Shown here piece after piece: positions 38,101 through 51,780 of a DNA stretch of 64,000 bases. Source of the stretch: Raillietiella orientalis (lineage: Eukaryota); the NCBI GenBank assembly GCA_036172245.1, contig JAYWIR010000018.1:3038001-3102000 (forward strand). Reading direction: 5' to 3'. Every line of letters begins with the position of its first letter. Position 1 is the stretch's first letter. The translations under genes were made by a program, and so were the position numbers. The notes below the pieces were generated by a model, which searched no databases, was not told the DNA's origin, and was given only the letters and a program-made list of their open reading frames with translations.

Positions 38101-40439
38101 GTCTGATCCCAGATTGGCTGGTTGGTTCTGGAGCGAGCTCGTGCCTTCTCTGTTCCTTACGCCTTTGTGTTCCCTTGTTCGAGGATCTCCACGCCGCGCG
38201 CGCAGATTTTTCTCCTCCTCCTTTCTTAAATGCTGATCCTTTCTTCTCCGCTGGAACCGGAGTACGCCTCGTCAGTGGTTCCGACACTGCCACTCGTCGA
38301 AGAGCAGGTGATGACTCTCCTCCAACGGGGCAACGACGACGTCCTCCCGAAATCGGAATCTTCGCCAGGGGACGCCCCGAAGCAAGCTGGTCGCTGATCA
38401 GAAGCCTCGAGACAACGCAAGGCACCATGGGAAAAAATTCCGCAGCAGCAAACTCTCCCTGGCGTGGGAGAGGCTGCTGCATCAGCAGAAAGTAGCCTCC
38501 GCGACCGACCGCCGGTGAGCAGATTTCCGGATCGCTTGAACGCTCAAGCGCGAAGCGAGCGTCCAGTGGGTCAGGCGGACCAGAGGGAAACCCCGATGGC
38601 ATCGGATTGCGGCAACGCCAGATGCGACGCGCTCGTCAGATCACGTTTAAGGATTTGGTTGCTATGGGACAGCGGAGCGACGGCGGCCTGGTAGGTCAGA
38701 ATCCACTGAGCGGCATGTGACGACTCACCTGCAGGAGCAGCTGGTCCCTAAGACGGACGGCACTCGAGCGTCGAGAGCCGATGCCAAGGTCAATAACACC
38801 ACCACCGCCATCATCAGTCACCACAGATCACCACTGCGACTATCAGCCATCACCATCGACCCTTTTCCCCTAGGCCGCCATACTAGCGGCTAAGACTCCT
38901 CCTTCCCCTCTACTCTTCCGCTTCGACGAGCTCTAGCCTTTCCGAGATGATGGAGATGACGTCGTCAGTGATGATCCATGTGAATGACAGCGATGATGAC
39001 CAATGATGGCAATAGTGATTCGCTGTGATTGATGGCACAATGAGGAGGAGGGGAGGGTTTTTTCTCCCGGTCAAGCCGGGGCGCTGGTGCAGCGGGCGCT
39101 CCCTCGACGCAAGGAACGCTGCCACGCCTCGGCGGGGAGGTGGCCAAGAAACGCTCCTCCCCCTTCCCCCTTCCTACGGGGTGGTGGGGGACACTTCCGC
39201 TCGTGGCTGCCGTGAAGCGAGAGGTTGCGTCGGGGCGGGGGCGCTTCGGTTCCGCAATGCTGTTCCAGATGACCTCTCCGGAAGGATGACCCGCGTCTCC
39301 AGACATGCTGGTCGCCTCGTCGCTGACGATCCTCAGCTAAAAGCGGGGCTGTAGTGAGCGCCGACAAGGAGGGAGGAGGGGGGATGCGGCCGACAGCCAT
39401 TTGCGATCGTCACCGCTTCCTGCATGAGCAGGGAGACGAAATGCCCCAGTCTGGGAAGGGAGGGAACCTTCGAGTGGTCGAGGGCAGAACAGCTCAAAAT
39501 CGGTGAAAGTGGTCCCGACACGGACCCTCGGGGGTCAAGTGGAATCCCGTGAGATCTATGCATTCCATTCCCTATTTATTCCCTTCTCCTTCTAGTGCTC
39601 CCCGGTGCCGTCTCCTGCGAAGGTAGTCCCTTTGGGATCAGCACGACGCGTGTCGGCTTCCAGCTGCTCTGTTCTGATTGCTTTATTTATTTTAAATAGG
39701 TGGCCCAGATATCCGGGACGAGAAGGTCACTCCGGGGGCTTTGTTTCAAAATGAACGCACGAATACGGCAAGGAATGATGTCCAGACCAAGTCCAGTGGT
39801 TCTCTGGAGGACGCTGACGAAGTTCATGACGAGAACGCTGGGGAGTGGGCAAAGAAAGAGGTAAAAGGAAAATGAAAGAAAGCGGACTGTCTGTAGGATG
39901 AAAGGGGAGGGAGATGAAGGGAAAAAGGGTCACTGCCCGTTAGGGTGGGTTTCTTGCATCCCCTGCAGAAGGAGGCTGGGAACCTTTCCCTGATGGAACC
40001 CCAGATGAGTGGTATAGTGGATAAGCCATCGCGATTCTCAGGAGGCGGATTTCCACGCTGACGGCTTCCCTGTCGCTTCGCCCTCTCTCGGCCTCGCACC
40101 GCACAGCAGTGACGCCGCGCGGGAGGCAGAGCGTTGCAGTCGCGGCCGCGGGGACGGGCTTCAGAAGGCCACCGAGGTTGTCTACGGGAATGGGGAGAGC
40201 CGCAGAGTAACGTCCTCACGATGCTCTATGGCAACGCGATGCACCAAGCAAGCACAAGAAAGATCTCACCTTCCAGCACACGGCGGCGGCGGTGCACGTT
40301 GCTTGGGAGCCCCCGACGTGATTCCTGCAGCACCGAACGCCGCCACGCGAGGGGAAGGAGGGAACCTTCCCTCATCACTGGGGGCACCTCCAGCTGCTCT
40401 GGTGGAATCTCGAAGACCTCAGCCCAGTGAAGAAGTCGT

Positions 40440-40880
40440 TTCGGAAAGACCGTCGGTATTGCTGCGTCAGCAAGCTTACGCTCAGTCCGGCCAAGGATGT
40501 CACCAAGGCGATGTCGGGGGTCGCAGGAAGTCTGCCACCTTGCCAATAGGCAGGTATCGTCTACCTCAAAAACAGAGGGTATTGCTGCGGCCAAAGGGGT
40601 CAAAGAAACAGATCAAAAGCTGCTGCTTGCTCCCTCATGCACTGTCCTTCCGGAATTGGAGGCAATCTGGGTGATCTCGGCTCACGACGCTGTTCGTGGG
40701 GCAGCGGGAGACCCATGGGTGTCTGCCTCTCGGATCATCCACTTGCCAGAGCAGGAAGACCGCAGGAGGCTAGACTCCGGTGGCTGCGTGGAAGCAGGAT
40801 CTCAAGACCATTGCAGCCGGCCACTTACCTGAGGAGCAGACTCGATGGGACGCGTCAGCGGGTGGCCCACCACTCGACCA
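40440..40880 (+). mobile_element. Decayed RTE LINE C-terminus
   Basis: QEARLRWLRGSRISRPLQPATYLRSRLDGTRQR matches the RTE signature RRLRW.GH..R.....P...L...L.G.R.RG. Confidence 0.55.
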
Positions 40881-43800
40881 TCAATGTCAGTCCCTTAAGC
40901 GCGAGCTGCCGCTCCAGCGTACGGAGGACAAGTCCTCCATCCCGGCGCGGAGCACAGAGATATTTTAAGCGAACGGGGGATTCTCCCTTCGCTCCGAAGG
41001 ACTTTTCGTACGAGCTCTCTTGCAGACAGAAAGCAGGTGGCGGAGGAAGGAGGGGGCAGGGCACATCGAAGAAGGAGGTGGCGGCGGGATGGGGCAAGAA
41101 AAATCGACTTCTACGCGTGAACCCGGTGCTACCACCTGTCCGCTCGGAGATCTCAGAGAAGCTGCAGGACGTCTTCGCGTTTGGGGAGCCGTCCTTCTCG
41201 GAAGTACATCTTTTTTTTTTTGGAGGGTAGCGATCCTCTTTCGTCCAGTCATCCGAGATGCAGCCCGTCTCCCTCGTCCTGTCCTGTCCTGGCACTGTTC
41301 ACGGCGGGGCACCGATCCACGCGGAAGTTCCCAACTTCCGCGTGCATCCCGGGAGTACTCCAAGGAGGCGGCGAGCCCCGCGAACGAGGAGCTGCTCCGT
41401 CCGAAGAAGCAGCTTCCTAAACGAATAGAAGTCGGGAGAGAAAGAGGCGGGAGACCCTCTCTCGGAGGTCTCGGGATCTTCCCGCAGGTGATGGAGGAAC
41501 CCTGAGCCGCCCTCCTCGCTCGCTTCCTTCCTGCCGAATCACCCCTCTCTCTCCCCTGTGACCACTCACTCCCGCTGAGCTTCTCTCTCCGCTGCCGACT
41601 CGCCTGGTTGGTTCTCCCGTGCTCCCGTCGGGGGCCGCGACAACGCCTCCAGCCTCCCTCCTCGCCTTCCTTCGAAGATGCTAAATAGTTTCTCGCAGCT
41701 CGGTCCAGATCCCCCTCTCTGGAAGCAGCTCGGGACACATCGTCTCTTGCTGTTTGCTCCCCCCGTGACCCTCCTCCGCATCCTCTTCTTTCCCATCCGG
41801 AGGATTCCATGTCACCCTTCCTCCGGGCATCTCCATCAGCCACTCCCGTAAGGGGTCAAAAGATCTTCCGTTGCCACTCCTTCCCGACTCTGTTCCTCAC
41901 GTTTACCGCCTCACCCTTCTCCCCAGTTCCTCCCTCGATTCTCCCTGACATGCGACCTACCGGCTCGAGGAAACCGCAGAGGGGAGAGCGGCGCGAAGGA
42001 GAAGTTGACACGCGACGTAGGGGGTGGAGGCAGACGCTGCGAGGCGCGGCCGCAAGGACCGCACGAAGAGCCGACTCCCTGCTTGCCAAACACGGACCGC
42101 GCCCCGATCTCGTGTCGCGCCGGCGCACACTGCGGTGCGGGGAAACGCCGCGGGAGGACCAGCGCGACCGAGGGGACGCGACGTGCAGAAGAAATGGAAC
42201 CACATAAGGCGAATGATATGCCCCCGGATGATAGGGGCGCCCATCACCGCCCTCAATTTGGTGTTGCGCGCCTGTTGTTCAGCGGCCGCCGCGAGCTCCG
42301 TCGTCGTTGCCGGTGGAAGACTGGTCCCATCTGCTACCTGGGCAAGTTCGGGACGAATTCGCAAAGGTGCAAGGCGGTCCTTCGTGAGCTGCCGAAGACA
42401 GCTACTTTTGTCCCTGCAACCCCACCTTCTGGAGCCTCGCACCTTCGCCGTGACTTCGCGCCTGCAGAGCGAGGCAACAGCTTCTCCTCTACCCCTCCCC
42501 TTCTCTCCACTCTCTGATTGTTGACGCCATCGACGGCTGCTGCCTGCCCCAGTCACGTGATCGTAGTTCTCACTGTTGCCAAGTGCAAGCGCTGCTGCAG
42601 CCATCATAACTACTTGATTGTTGCTTTGGTGGAATCATCACTGCTGTTGCCATTATTAGTAGGAAAAAAAAAGTGCTCCTCGGTGTGCTGACGCAGCATT
42701 ACGTGACGAGGGCGGCCATGTTGCTACAGAGAAGGAACGGAAGCGATCGGCCGCAGCACGACAGGTCGCATCGTGACACGCACCACTATCTGTCCACTGC
42801 AGCATCTGGAGACGTCCGGACCTTTCTCCCGGATCACTGATCCGATGCAGTTTTCCGTCCCGGCAGGAAGGAACGCCACCCCTTTGCCTGCAGTCTCCTT
42901 GTTAGCGGAGCACGATGCCACCTCGAAGGGCAAAAGGGGGCGACAACCGGAAGGCAGAAGAACGGAAGCGTCTTTTCTCTCGGGGCCGCCGTGAAACCGA
43001 GAGACCCCACCCTTCGAGGCATTCGGTAGCGACGACGGCGATCGTCAGGCAGACCCTCAGCGGCTTCGCGAAGTGACCGCATCAGAGTACTCATCCCCTC
43101 TTGGAAATCTCCGGAGCCAGAGAGACGCCGGCGAAAGGTTCATCTCCGCTTTTCCCCTTTCAGCGCTGCAGTTTGGATCCCTTCCTGTGACGCGCCTAAC
43201 CTGCGTTTATTTATAGATGCCCGATGTCCCTGCATGGCCCCGCTCCTGCTTCGACTATCTCTCGCATTGGCAGGAAAGTTCGAAAGTCTTCTTTCCCCCT
43301 CCCCCTCACCCCCCACCCCTCTTCCTCTCCCCGTCGCTTCCGTCCCGTGCACCTCGCCCGACTACAAAGCATATGCCTTCGCACGTGCCTCTGGACCCGT
43401 CACATGTGCAGGCATCCTCCGTGCCGTTCACTGCCACCAGGCCAACCAGCACACCCATCGCATCCTGATGGCGACAGCATCCAACAACGGGCTCAATGCG
43501 ACGCCTGGTTTTGAACCGTGAGAGCAAAGCCATAGCAAGTGACCCAAGCGAAATGGTCACTCCCAGCACTAACAGGTGATGCGTCTCCTGAACGACCGAA
43601 TTCTTCCGGCCGCTGTGAGCGTTTCCGCGTATCCCGCTCACCCAGAGCTTCCAGGAAAGGGGACGTTCTCTCTTCCGCGGAATCGGAGGTGCACAATGGT
43701 TCCCTTCCCTCTGCCAAAGCAGCAACCGCGAATCACTTCCGGAGCACTCCGTAGCGCTTGACTGCAGTAGAGACGTACCTGTGTCAGGGTACGCACTATG

Positions 43801-44899
43801 GGTGCTCTAATCTGAAAGATGTGGGGACCCGTCACAGGCCAGAATGAAGACGGAGGCAACCCTGGTGGAGATCCGCGGAGACCCCGGCGTGAGCAGGCTA
43901 GTCGTACGAGTTGGGTGAATACGAATGGGACCTTCCAGTAGCTGTCTGCTTCCCTAAGACTCTGCATTGGTTCTCCTCCTTCCTCCCTTCCCCCTCCTCC
44001 TCCTTTTCGCCGTCGCCGCCGTCATCATAAGCAATCATCACGAATAACGATTGCGATTACCTCAGGAACGCTGGCGCTCGTCGGAGAGAGGGGGCAGCGA
44101 AGGGGAGGAGCCCAGTGGCGTCACTTTGCAGTCTCAATAACCTCGGCCTCTTCCCGAGCTGCCAGCCAGTGGGAGGTCCGGGCTGCTGCTCCACCGGGAT
44201 CCGGGCCCTCGCTTTCGGCGAGCGGGACGGCGCCACGCTGGCGGGCGAGCCGAGCGAGGGAGGAAGAAGCTGTCGGTTACCATGGGCGGAAGGACGGTGG
44301 TAACCGCAGAAGCCCAGAATCCTCGGAAGGGGTGGGTGGGGGGGAAGTGCGCAGAGACTCGTCAGTTGCTGGGGCAACCGACTCTCTGAACCCGGGTGTT
44401 GCCGGGACAGACCGTTCCTGTCGATGCCACCGTGCTCGCGACGGCGCGAGCCGCGGGTGGCGACGCGCGAGTGGCGCGTCCGGAGGGGCGTGAGAGGCAT
44501 GCTGGAGCTCCGACGCGGAGGATGGGTACACGGGAGAGCATCCAGGGGCGTCTCTGGAGAACAGTGAAGAAACGATCCCAGGAAGAGAATAGAAACGGTG
44601 AAAGCTTTGAAAACGTAAAGGAGAGGGATCTTTGCTTAAGACGTGGAAGAACTGATCCAGATCCTCAAAAACCGAAGCATGAAGAGAGTGAGCTTTTCTT
44701 CCTCTTCAGCCTTCAGGAGGAGGACAACCTGCAATGACTCTCTCGAATCTTTCGAGAACTCTAGCGCGTGCTGGAGACGCGATGAAAGCAGCAGCGCTTT
44801 TGGAATACCTTTGAGCCTTCTCCTCCTCCTCTTCCTTGTCTCTTCATTATCATCCTCTTGCTGCCACTACTACTCTTCGTCTTTCTGGCGTTGTTGTGG

Positions 44900-45900
44900 T
44901 CGCCCATATCTGTCATCCTTCAAGCCACCTTCGAGCACGATCCGGTCCATCACACAACCCCGAAAAGCACAAGAGCAGTTTGCGAGACGAAGAGTAAATT
45001 CCATTACCGAAGAGCAGGTACTCACTGAGCAGCTGCGTGAAAGTACGAAGAGAGCGGGAGTGCTTCATCCAGATCAGCTTCCACGCAGTGGCATTCACCT
45101 GTTCTCACAAGATCTTCGAGGGTTGCTCACAACGATTCCTATGGCTCCAGATGATGGATGCAAGTGTCCCTCCGATCCATGTATACGAGTGTATTCTGTG
45201 TGTGGAAACACCTACTTGGATCCGTGCTGGGAAGATACCCGTCCATGCTTGCGAGGGACGCTCCACTAGCAACAACAAAGACGGGTTGCGCTGCGGAAGA
45301 CAATCTCGATGGATCCGCGTACTTTGCGTCGAAGAGACAGAATCCCTTTGATCGTCGGCATCGAGAAGACGACCTGTGAACTACGGAGGATCTCAAGGAG
45401 AGACCAAGGAACCCCGGCGCGGACCTGATCTCCTGAGGAAGCAGGACTGAATCATCCGAAGACTCGCTGAAACCGCTCCAGAAGGAGCACAGAACGGAAG
45501 AAGCGAGGCCATTTTGACCGCTCTATATTTCTTCTCATTCTCGAGAAGGACCCACCCAGGAGCTAGCTATAGAGATCAACGTCTGGTCATGGGAATCCTG
45601 GGACCTCGAGAATTTCCAAGAGCACATGCGAACGAGCTCTGCAAGCTGGTACCGTGCGACATCGAAAATCTCAGGGACGTCTGCTGGAGAGCAGAACGAC
45701 AAGCAGCATTGAGCAGCATGATCGAGTCCTCAGGAGACCATCAGCTCCAGCAGATCTTCACAACGCCGACGTCTATCCTAGAAGACTTGGGAAGCACAGC
45801 GGAGAAAATTCCCGACGCTGATCCCAGCAACCGCGAGTTCGAAACCGCAGCCCCAAACCCGTCAAAAAAAGACATGCGCCTTCACCTCAACACAAGGCAT
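44900..45900 (+). mobile_element. Decayed Jockey/CR1-like LINE RT
   Basis: TIRSITQPRKAQEQFARRRV (YRPISL...K..E....RL), VLHPDQ, VFCVWKHLLGSVL (AFD.VWH..LL.KL) and LCKLVPCDIENLRDVCW (LYK.....L.Y...VW), in order. Confidence 0.48.
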
Positions 45901-47479
45901 CCATTCCCGCTCTGGAACATCCGTCGTGCACCGCACAGACCTCCGGCAGCATCGAGGGAGCTGCGGAAAGACCGCGCTTCCTTATACCTAACCTCTGCTG
46001 GAGACGTCATGGGGACAACGTCGATGGAGAGCGAAGGTTGAGCCCTTGAGATCCGTTGCGACGATTCCTGCAGACCCAGGCGTGCATGCTTTGCCAAAGC
46101 AGCAAGAAGAACCGACCGGTGAGCAGGGAACAGCGGGCGGATGGGGCCAAAAGTCTTCGAAAGGGTCCTGGAGGCTTTCCCGAGGGAGGGATCGACCCAC
46201 CTGAGCGCTCGCACTTTGCGAGACGCTCGAGCGAGGCATTGGCTCTCTCGAGCTCTCCAGTCCCACCGGGCTCCTTCAGGAGGGGCGGACGAACAGATGG
46301 GGCCGAAGTATTCCCTCCCTTTCTGGATCCGGGAGGTCTCACTCGCCGAGGAATTTTTTCTCCGGCGTTGCGCACTTTCACGCCGTCCGCCAGGGCCGAT
46401 GGAGCTGAAAGGTGGAGTCATTTGTCTACTCCCTTTGATGGCGAATTCTCCCATCCCTCGCCGACCTGGCGCTTTATTGCCCTCTCCTCGAGGCAGCGAC
46501 CTCGGGTGACCGGCATCTTGCGAAATACTTGCCCCGATCTCTGGTTGTCTGGTCAACTGTGCAGCGCAGAGCTCTCTCCCAGAACCACTTCGCAAAAAAG
46601 CATCCCCTGATCTGCCTCGGTTTCCCTTCCTCTCCCATTTACGAAGCGAGGTCGAGGACCGCTGAGGTCTCCTGCGCTTCTCCCGGTGACCTGAGTGGCG
46701 CGCGCAGCGCAACGACGCATTCAGCCGCCGCCACATCGTGACTCGAGTGAAGGTCTTGGGTTTTCGCTGCTGCTCCCAAACCCTCTCATTGTTGCCATGA
46801 GAAGTCTCCTCACGAAGACAAACAGGAGCTGAAGAGCATGTTGCAGATGCTGCGAGAGGAAAAAGCAATCGCGAGAAGGCTCTCATGACTTTCTGATCTC
46901 CACTCGGGTTCACAGGGGCGCTGCAGCCGCACCCGAGGGCGGAAAAGAAGGAAAAAAGAAAGCTGGTCCCATTCGATTCCCCGTTGGTCCCCGAAGACTG
47001 GTGCAGCAGCAGCAGCATTTCATCCTGGCATTGTGACTCCTGCCCGGTGCCTCAGGAGGTATCCCCCACCCCCAACCCTTTGAAGCATCAAGGCTGGGAG
47101 CCATACCGACTGCTCTTTGACATCGGCAGGTATCAGGGCATGAAGGGAGAATCAATCTTCCCCCCGATCTCCTTGCTGGGTGCTCATCCGCGGGGAGGCG
47201 AAGGACAAAGCAGCTTGGAAGCGTGCGGCTCGCTAAAGGCATCTCTTCATCCCACACTTCCTCTGCGAAAGCTCCTGCGACAGGAAGCGAGCGACAGATT
47301 AGTAGATCCTTCCGTGTTCTGAAACCATCTTCCTGGAAGGACCCCACGAGCTGCTTCTTGGGTTTCGCAATCCCTCTCCGACGACACAGACCCTCCTTCT
47401 ATCATGCATCCACCTCTTCCCTTCCCCCGCATCTTCGCACAAAGCTGCTTGCGGAGAGACCACTGCCTTCCTGCATTTC

Positions 47480-48300
47480 GTATCTCGTACTGGTGCAAGG
47501 GAGAAGCATGCAAAATATAGATATATATAGATCTTGCATATGCATGCAGACGATATATATAGATACAAGCCAACATCTATGTATAGATCTTGCATCTGAA
47601 TGAAGATCGTACATATATAGCTCCAAGGTATACGTAGATAGCTCGATACAAGATATATATAGAATTCAACGCATCTATAAATACCAAGATATGTACTGGT
47701 TCGAAGCATACAAACTAAAGATGTACCATGCATACAAGATGTATACGCAATTCGAGATACTTATGGATACGAGACATATGCACGAATTCAAGACATTCGT
47801 GAATACAATGCAAGTGTATCTAGACGCATGATATATACACATTCAAGACATATATACAGATGCAGGGCACATATGCGTACGAAATATACGAAAGTTGAAA
47901 AATTGTCTGCATTCAAGGTATTGAAAGTACACATTCAGCTAGATACAAGGCATATCTACGTTTAGGATACACGGAGATATGTATGCAGATAGAAGCAGGA
48001 CCCACACTCGAAAAAAAACGGAGGCTCAGCTCATGCGGAGATACGGACGCACATAGCTTCAGGGCGTGTACCGAAGAGACGTGTGGATTCCAGAAACATG
48101 CATGAAGATAGATGTAGGAGATACACATTCAACACCCATATTTTTTCAGTACGTGTGTGCATAGAGGGCGTTCCAAACGTGCACAGGTTGCACACATAGG
48201 AAGATACGTGTAGATTCAGGAGGTGCGTTTCAGACGTATGCAACTTCAAAGAGGCGTGTCGATTGAGGATGTGTGCAGGTGGGACGCGGATTCGGGATAT
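47480..48300. repeat. Degenerate AT/AC/GATAC-rich simple repeat (AT-rich island)
   Basis: Runs such as atatagatatatatagatc and atatatacacattcaagacatatatacag. Confidence 0.75.
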
Positions 48301-49429
48301 CCGGAGTTACAGAATGCACACAGATTCCGAGCAGCGCGCAGGTCGCTCACAAGCGGAGGCTGTGTGTGACTGTGAGGCAACTGGGAGAAGAGCTGAAGAG
48401 CGCAAGAGGACGTATTCCGGATGGGGATGCGTGCAGAGGGGGCACGCGTGCGGGGCTGCGAGAGGAGGGTCACGCAGCTGCCGAGTAGGGACAAACCCCG
48501 CGCCACACAGCCGACCGTCAGCGACGGGCCGCCACGCCCTTCTGCCGACTCCGCCTGCGCCCCTGGAAAGGGTCGGGCGGTTGGCCCCGCAGAACGGAGG
48601 GCAGAAGGCGTGAGTAAAGATAAGGAGGAGGGAGAGGGCAGTCCGCGCTGCCTGCGTGCGGCGGTGAGGACACGGCCTGCACGACCGGCCTCGGCCCCTT
48701 ACTTCCTCTCCGAAGGGAACCGTCGCTGCTGACGCAGCTCAGAAGAGCTTCCTCCTTTCCTGCCGAAGAAAGGAAGGACCAGAGGGGCCTTCTCTTGGTC
48801 TTTCCCCGCTCTCCTCGCCCTCCTTGGGTTCCTTTGCGTGCTGACCATCACGAACCGAAGGCGCACGTGCGAGAGAGAGGAGAGAAAGAGGGGAAGAGGG
48901 AGGGGAGACAGGGAGGAGGCGAGCGAGATCGTCTGAGAAAGCCGCCGCGACCCGGCCGGGGAGCTCCGGCCGCCGTGGTGGACAGGGAGGGAGAAGAGAG
49001 GCGAAGGATCGGGGAGGAGCCCTGGAGGGTCTCCAGGAAGCATCCACCATGCACCCCGACGACTGAGCGGTGGGTAGGAAAGGCAGTCTTCCCCGCTGTC
49101 CCGTTCGCTCCCGAAAGCGAGAAGGAAGGAGTGGGGAATGGGGCGAAGAAGGGAGGGGGAGTGACGCTGAGCCGGGAGGGAGGAGACTCTGGAGGCCACT
49201 AGGCGCCCGAGGCGACGAACTGCAGCTCCTCCCCCCCTTTTTCCTGCCACGGACCTCATCCCTCTCGGCTCTCCCGCACCCGAGCAGGAACGACTGCAGG
49301 ACGCAACAGAGGACTTTCGGAAGGATGCGGACGGCGAGACCTCCCATCTGAGGAACAAAAAGCGATAGCCTCCAGGTCCTAGGAAGTCCCCCTCAGGAGA
49401 CCCGAGGCCTCTGCTCTCATCTGTCTGGG

Positions 49430-49690
49430 AGAAAGGAGCAGAGGAGGAAGGAGGAGGAGTGAGAGTGGAAGGGGTGGAGGAAACGCCTGACGAAGAGCAA
49501 CAAACAACAAGGACACCAGGAAAAGAGGACTGAGAAAGAGAAGCAGCAACGGGGACATCGCAAAGAAGAACACGAAGGAAGGGGAGAAGAAGGAGGAACA
49601 AGAATAAGGGGAAGAGAAAGAAGGAAGCAGGAAGGAGAGGGGGAGAAGGACAGGTGAGGAGGGTGAGAAAGGGAGAGGCAAAGAAGGATT
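49430..49690 (+). repeat. Degenerate GA-rich (GGA/GAA) polypurine tract
   Basis: gaggaggaaggaggaggag, gaaggaaggggagaagaaggagg. Confidence 0.8.
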
Positions 49691-50229
49691 CTTATGTGTC
49701 AGACAGGGGTCAGAGGGGTCACCTTACCCTCTTCCGAGGAAGGGCGTAAGGTGAAAGGGGCTGGAACACCCTTCCTTCTCGTGTCCCAACCGCACCCAGG
49801 ATCCCTGAGGAGGGCAGGAAGCGGGAGCAGGAGAACAGTGGGCAGGGAAGACGGGATGCGGCTCCGCGGGTGGGGAAAGGGTCGTCCAGCCCTGTTCCAC
49901 CACGCTTTTCCTCTCAAGGGAGCGGTCCCACTTCCCAAACGGAACAGGAGAAGGTTCGAACCGAGATCCCCTGCCTCTTCCCAGGGCCTCCCGCTGCCTT
50001 CGCTTTTCCCCGCCGCGCGCGCACTCCTCGAGCCAAGAGGGGAACGTCCGACCTTCCGGACGGACATATCCGGCCGGAGGCACTTCTCTTCGAACGGCGC
50101 GTGCTCGCTGCCCCGTCATCTCCTCCGAAGCCCCTTCGCGCTCCCTATAGCCCCCACCCTGCTCCAGGTCGGGGCTCGAGCGGGGACAGCAGTAGAGAGA
50201 GCGCGACGGAAGCTCCGCCTCTGACACAG

Positions 50230-50491
50230 AGGGCGGCGCAGGGCAGTAAAAAAAGAAAAAAGGAAAAAGAGGGAGCAAAAAACGGAGGAGAGAGGCGGGA
50301 GAGAGGGAGAAGAGAAAGGCGGCAGCAACGAGCCGATGCGGCATCCGCTGGCTGCCGCCCTCTCGCGAAGGCGGGGAACACGAGCGCGCTGCCGCGTCAA
50401 AGTGGCGCCGCCGCGCGGAGCGTGCAGTCGGCTGTTTCGGTGCGCGGCGCTCGCCGGCGTCCGGCCGCGTTGCCCCGCCAGCGCGCGCAAG
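50230..50491 (+). promoter_or_regulatory. Candidate promoter / 5' UTR for the exon at 50492
   Basis: A/GAGA-rich tract (50245-50315), very CpG-dense leader, Inr-like GCAGTC at ~50424, start context GCAAG-ATG. Confidence 0.35.
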
Positions 50492-50712
50492 ATGAGCGGC
50501 GGCTGCCTGGGGGAGGAGGAAGAGGCGCGGCCCGACGGCAACCCCACCCTGGACCGGGATCTGGTGATCGCCCGTCAGCTGGGGGAGATCGAAAGCCTCC
50601 GCAGGGAGCTGGGCATGGCCAAGGAGGAGCGCGACCGGATGCTGTGCCAGATCAGCAAGATGAGCTTCGAGCTCCAGATGAGCAGCATCCGCAGCCTTTA
50701 CGAAGCGGACCG
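50492..50712 (+). CDS. Probable first coding exon of an unidentified gene; N-terminal coiled coil (73 codons, phase-2 donor)
   Basis: MSGGCLGEEEEARPDGNPTLDRDLVIARQLGEIESLRRELGMAKEERDRMLCQISKMSFELQMSSIRSLYEADR. Almost all codons end in G/C (CTG, GAG, ATC, AAG), unlike the flanks. Heptad hydrophobics. Consensus donor CG|GTAAGC. Confidence 0.68.
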
Positions 50713-51229
50713 GTAAGCCAGCCCTCGAGGGATAGGCAGGGTGGGAGGGCGCAGAGGGGGGGAAACAACTGGAACCGGCGGGCGGTTGCCTCGGAAACAG
50801 AGCTTCCCTCGAGGCGTAAAACGGAGACCGGGACGCGCTCGCGGCCGCTGTCGCGGTCCACACGCGTTGCCTAAGGATAAGTCAGGGGACCCATCAGGGA
50901 GTCCCTAATCAGTTGCCGCCGGCGAAGGAAACCGTGGGTGCTCCCTCGAAAGGGCAGCTTCACCCCGGCTCCCATCCCGCTGCACCCCTTCCGAAGAGAA
51001 TGCTGGACGCTCCCTGTGCGAGGAGTAAGCGGGTGGTGCCAAGGTGGTGGTCGTCGGTGGGCTCTCAGCCGCCGGTTCACTCCTTTCGTGGCCGTTTCCA
51101 AGACAGCGCGCCTGTCGGGACCGGGCGTGACTGAACCGGAGGGTGGTGCCATCGGGCAGGATAGAGGATGTTCCCCTCACCCCCTCCTCCTCTTCCTGTC
51201 ACCTGGTACCCTTCCTTCGCGCAGACCTT

Positions 51230-51780
51230 CGGTCGTCGTCTTTGCAGGCCTATTCCCGCCCTCCTGCTGCCGCCGCCGCTTTGTCTGTCGGAGGTTTGTT
51301 TGCTCCTTACCTGTTGTGGCCTCCTGTTGTCCTCTCTGTGGTCCCCGTGGCTTTGCTGTAACCGTCGTTACCGTCGCTCTTCCTGACGCGTTTTCGCCGT
51401 TGTCGTCTTGCCGTTGTCGCTCATCGTCATCGTCGGTTCCTTTCGTTCTCCTTCCTGCCGCTGCGGATCTCGGTCGCCGTCGTCACGTTTATTTTTGTCT
51501 CTTCGCTTCTTGTGCCTTTTTTGCTGCTGCTGCTGCTGTTGTTGCCCTTGATGTCTTTGCTGCCCTCTCGTTTCTGTCGTCGTCTCTTTGCCGCGTCATT
51601 TCTTCTTTGTTGTCGCCTGTTGCTTCCTCCTCATTCTTACTGCCCCAGTGCTCTGCCGCTACTGCCTTCCCGTCGCTCTTCTCGTTGCCACTTCTGCCAC
51701 ACTTCTCGGTCGATCGCGTTCTTTTCTGCCACGGCCAGTTTCTTCTTGCTGTAGCTCTTGTTGCTGTCTCTGCGATCTCC
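51230..51780 (+). repeat. Degenerate (TCG/TTG/CTG/TTC)n low-complexity tract
   Basis: gctgctgctgctgctgttgttgcc, tcatcgtcatcgtcg. It generates the spurious hydrophobic 281-aa ORF. Confidence 0.75.

Noticed and set aside
45037..45270. RING/IBR-like Cys-His pattern (CSHKIFEGC; CPSDPC...CGNTY)
   Set aside because: Ligand spacing is incomplete and split across frames. It is better explained as part of a collinear LINE RT fossil.
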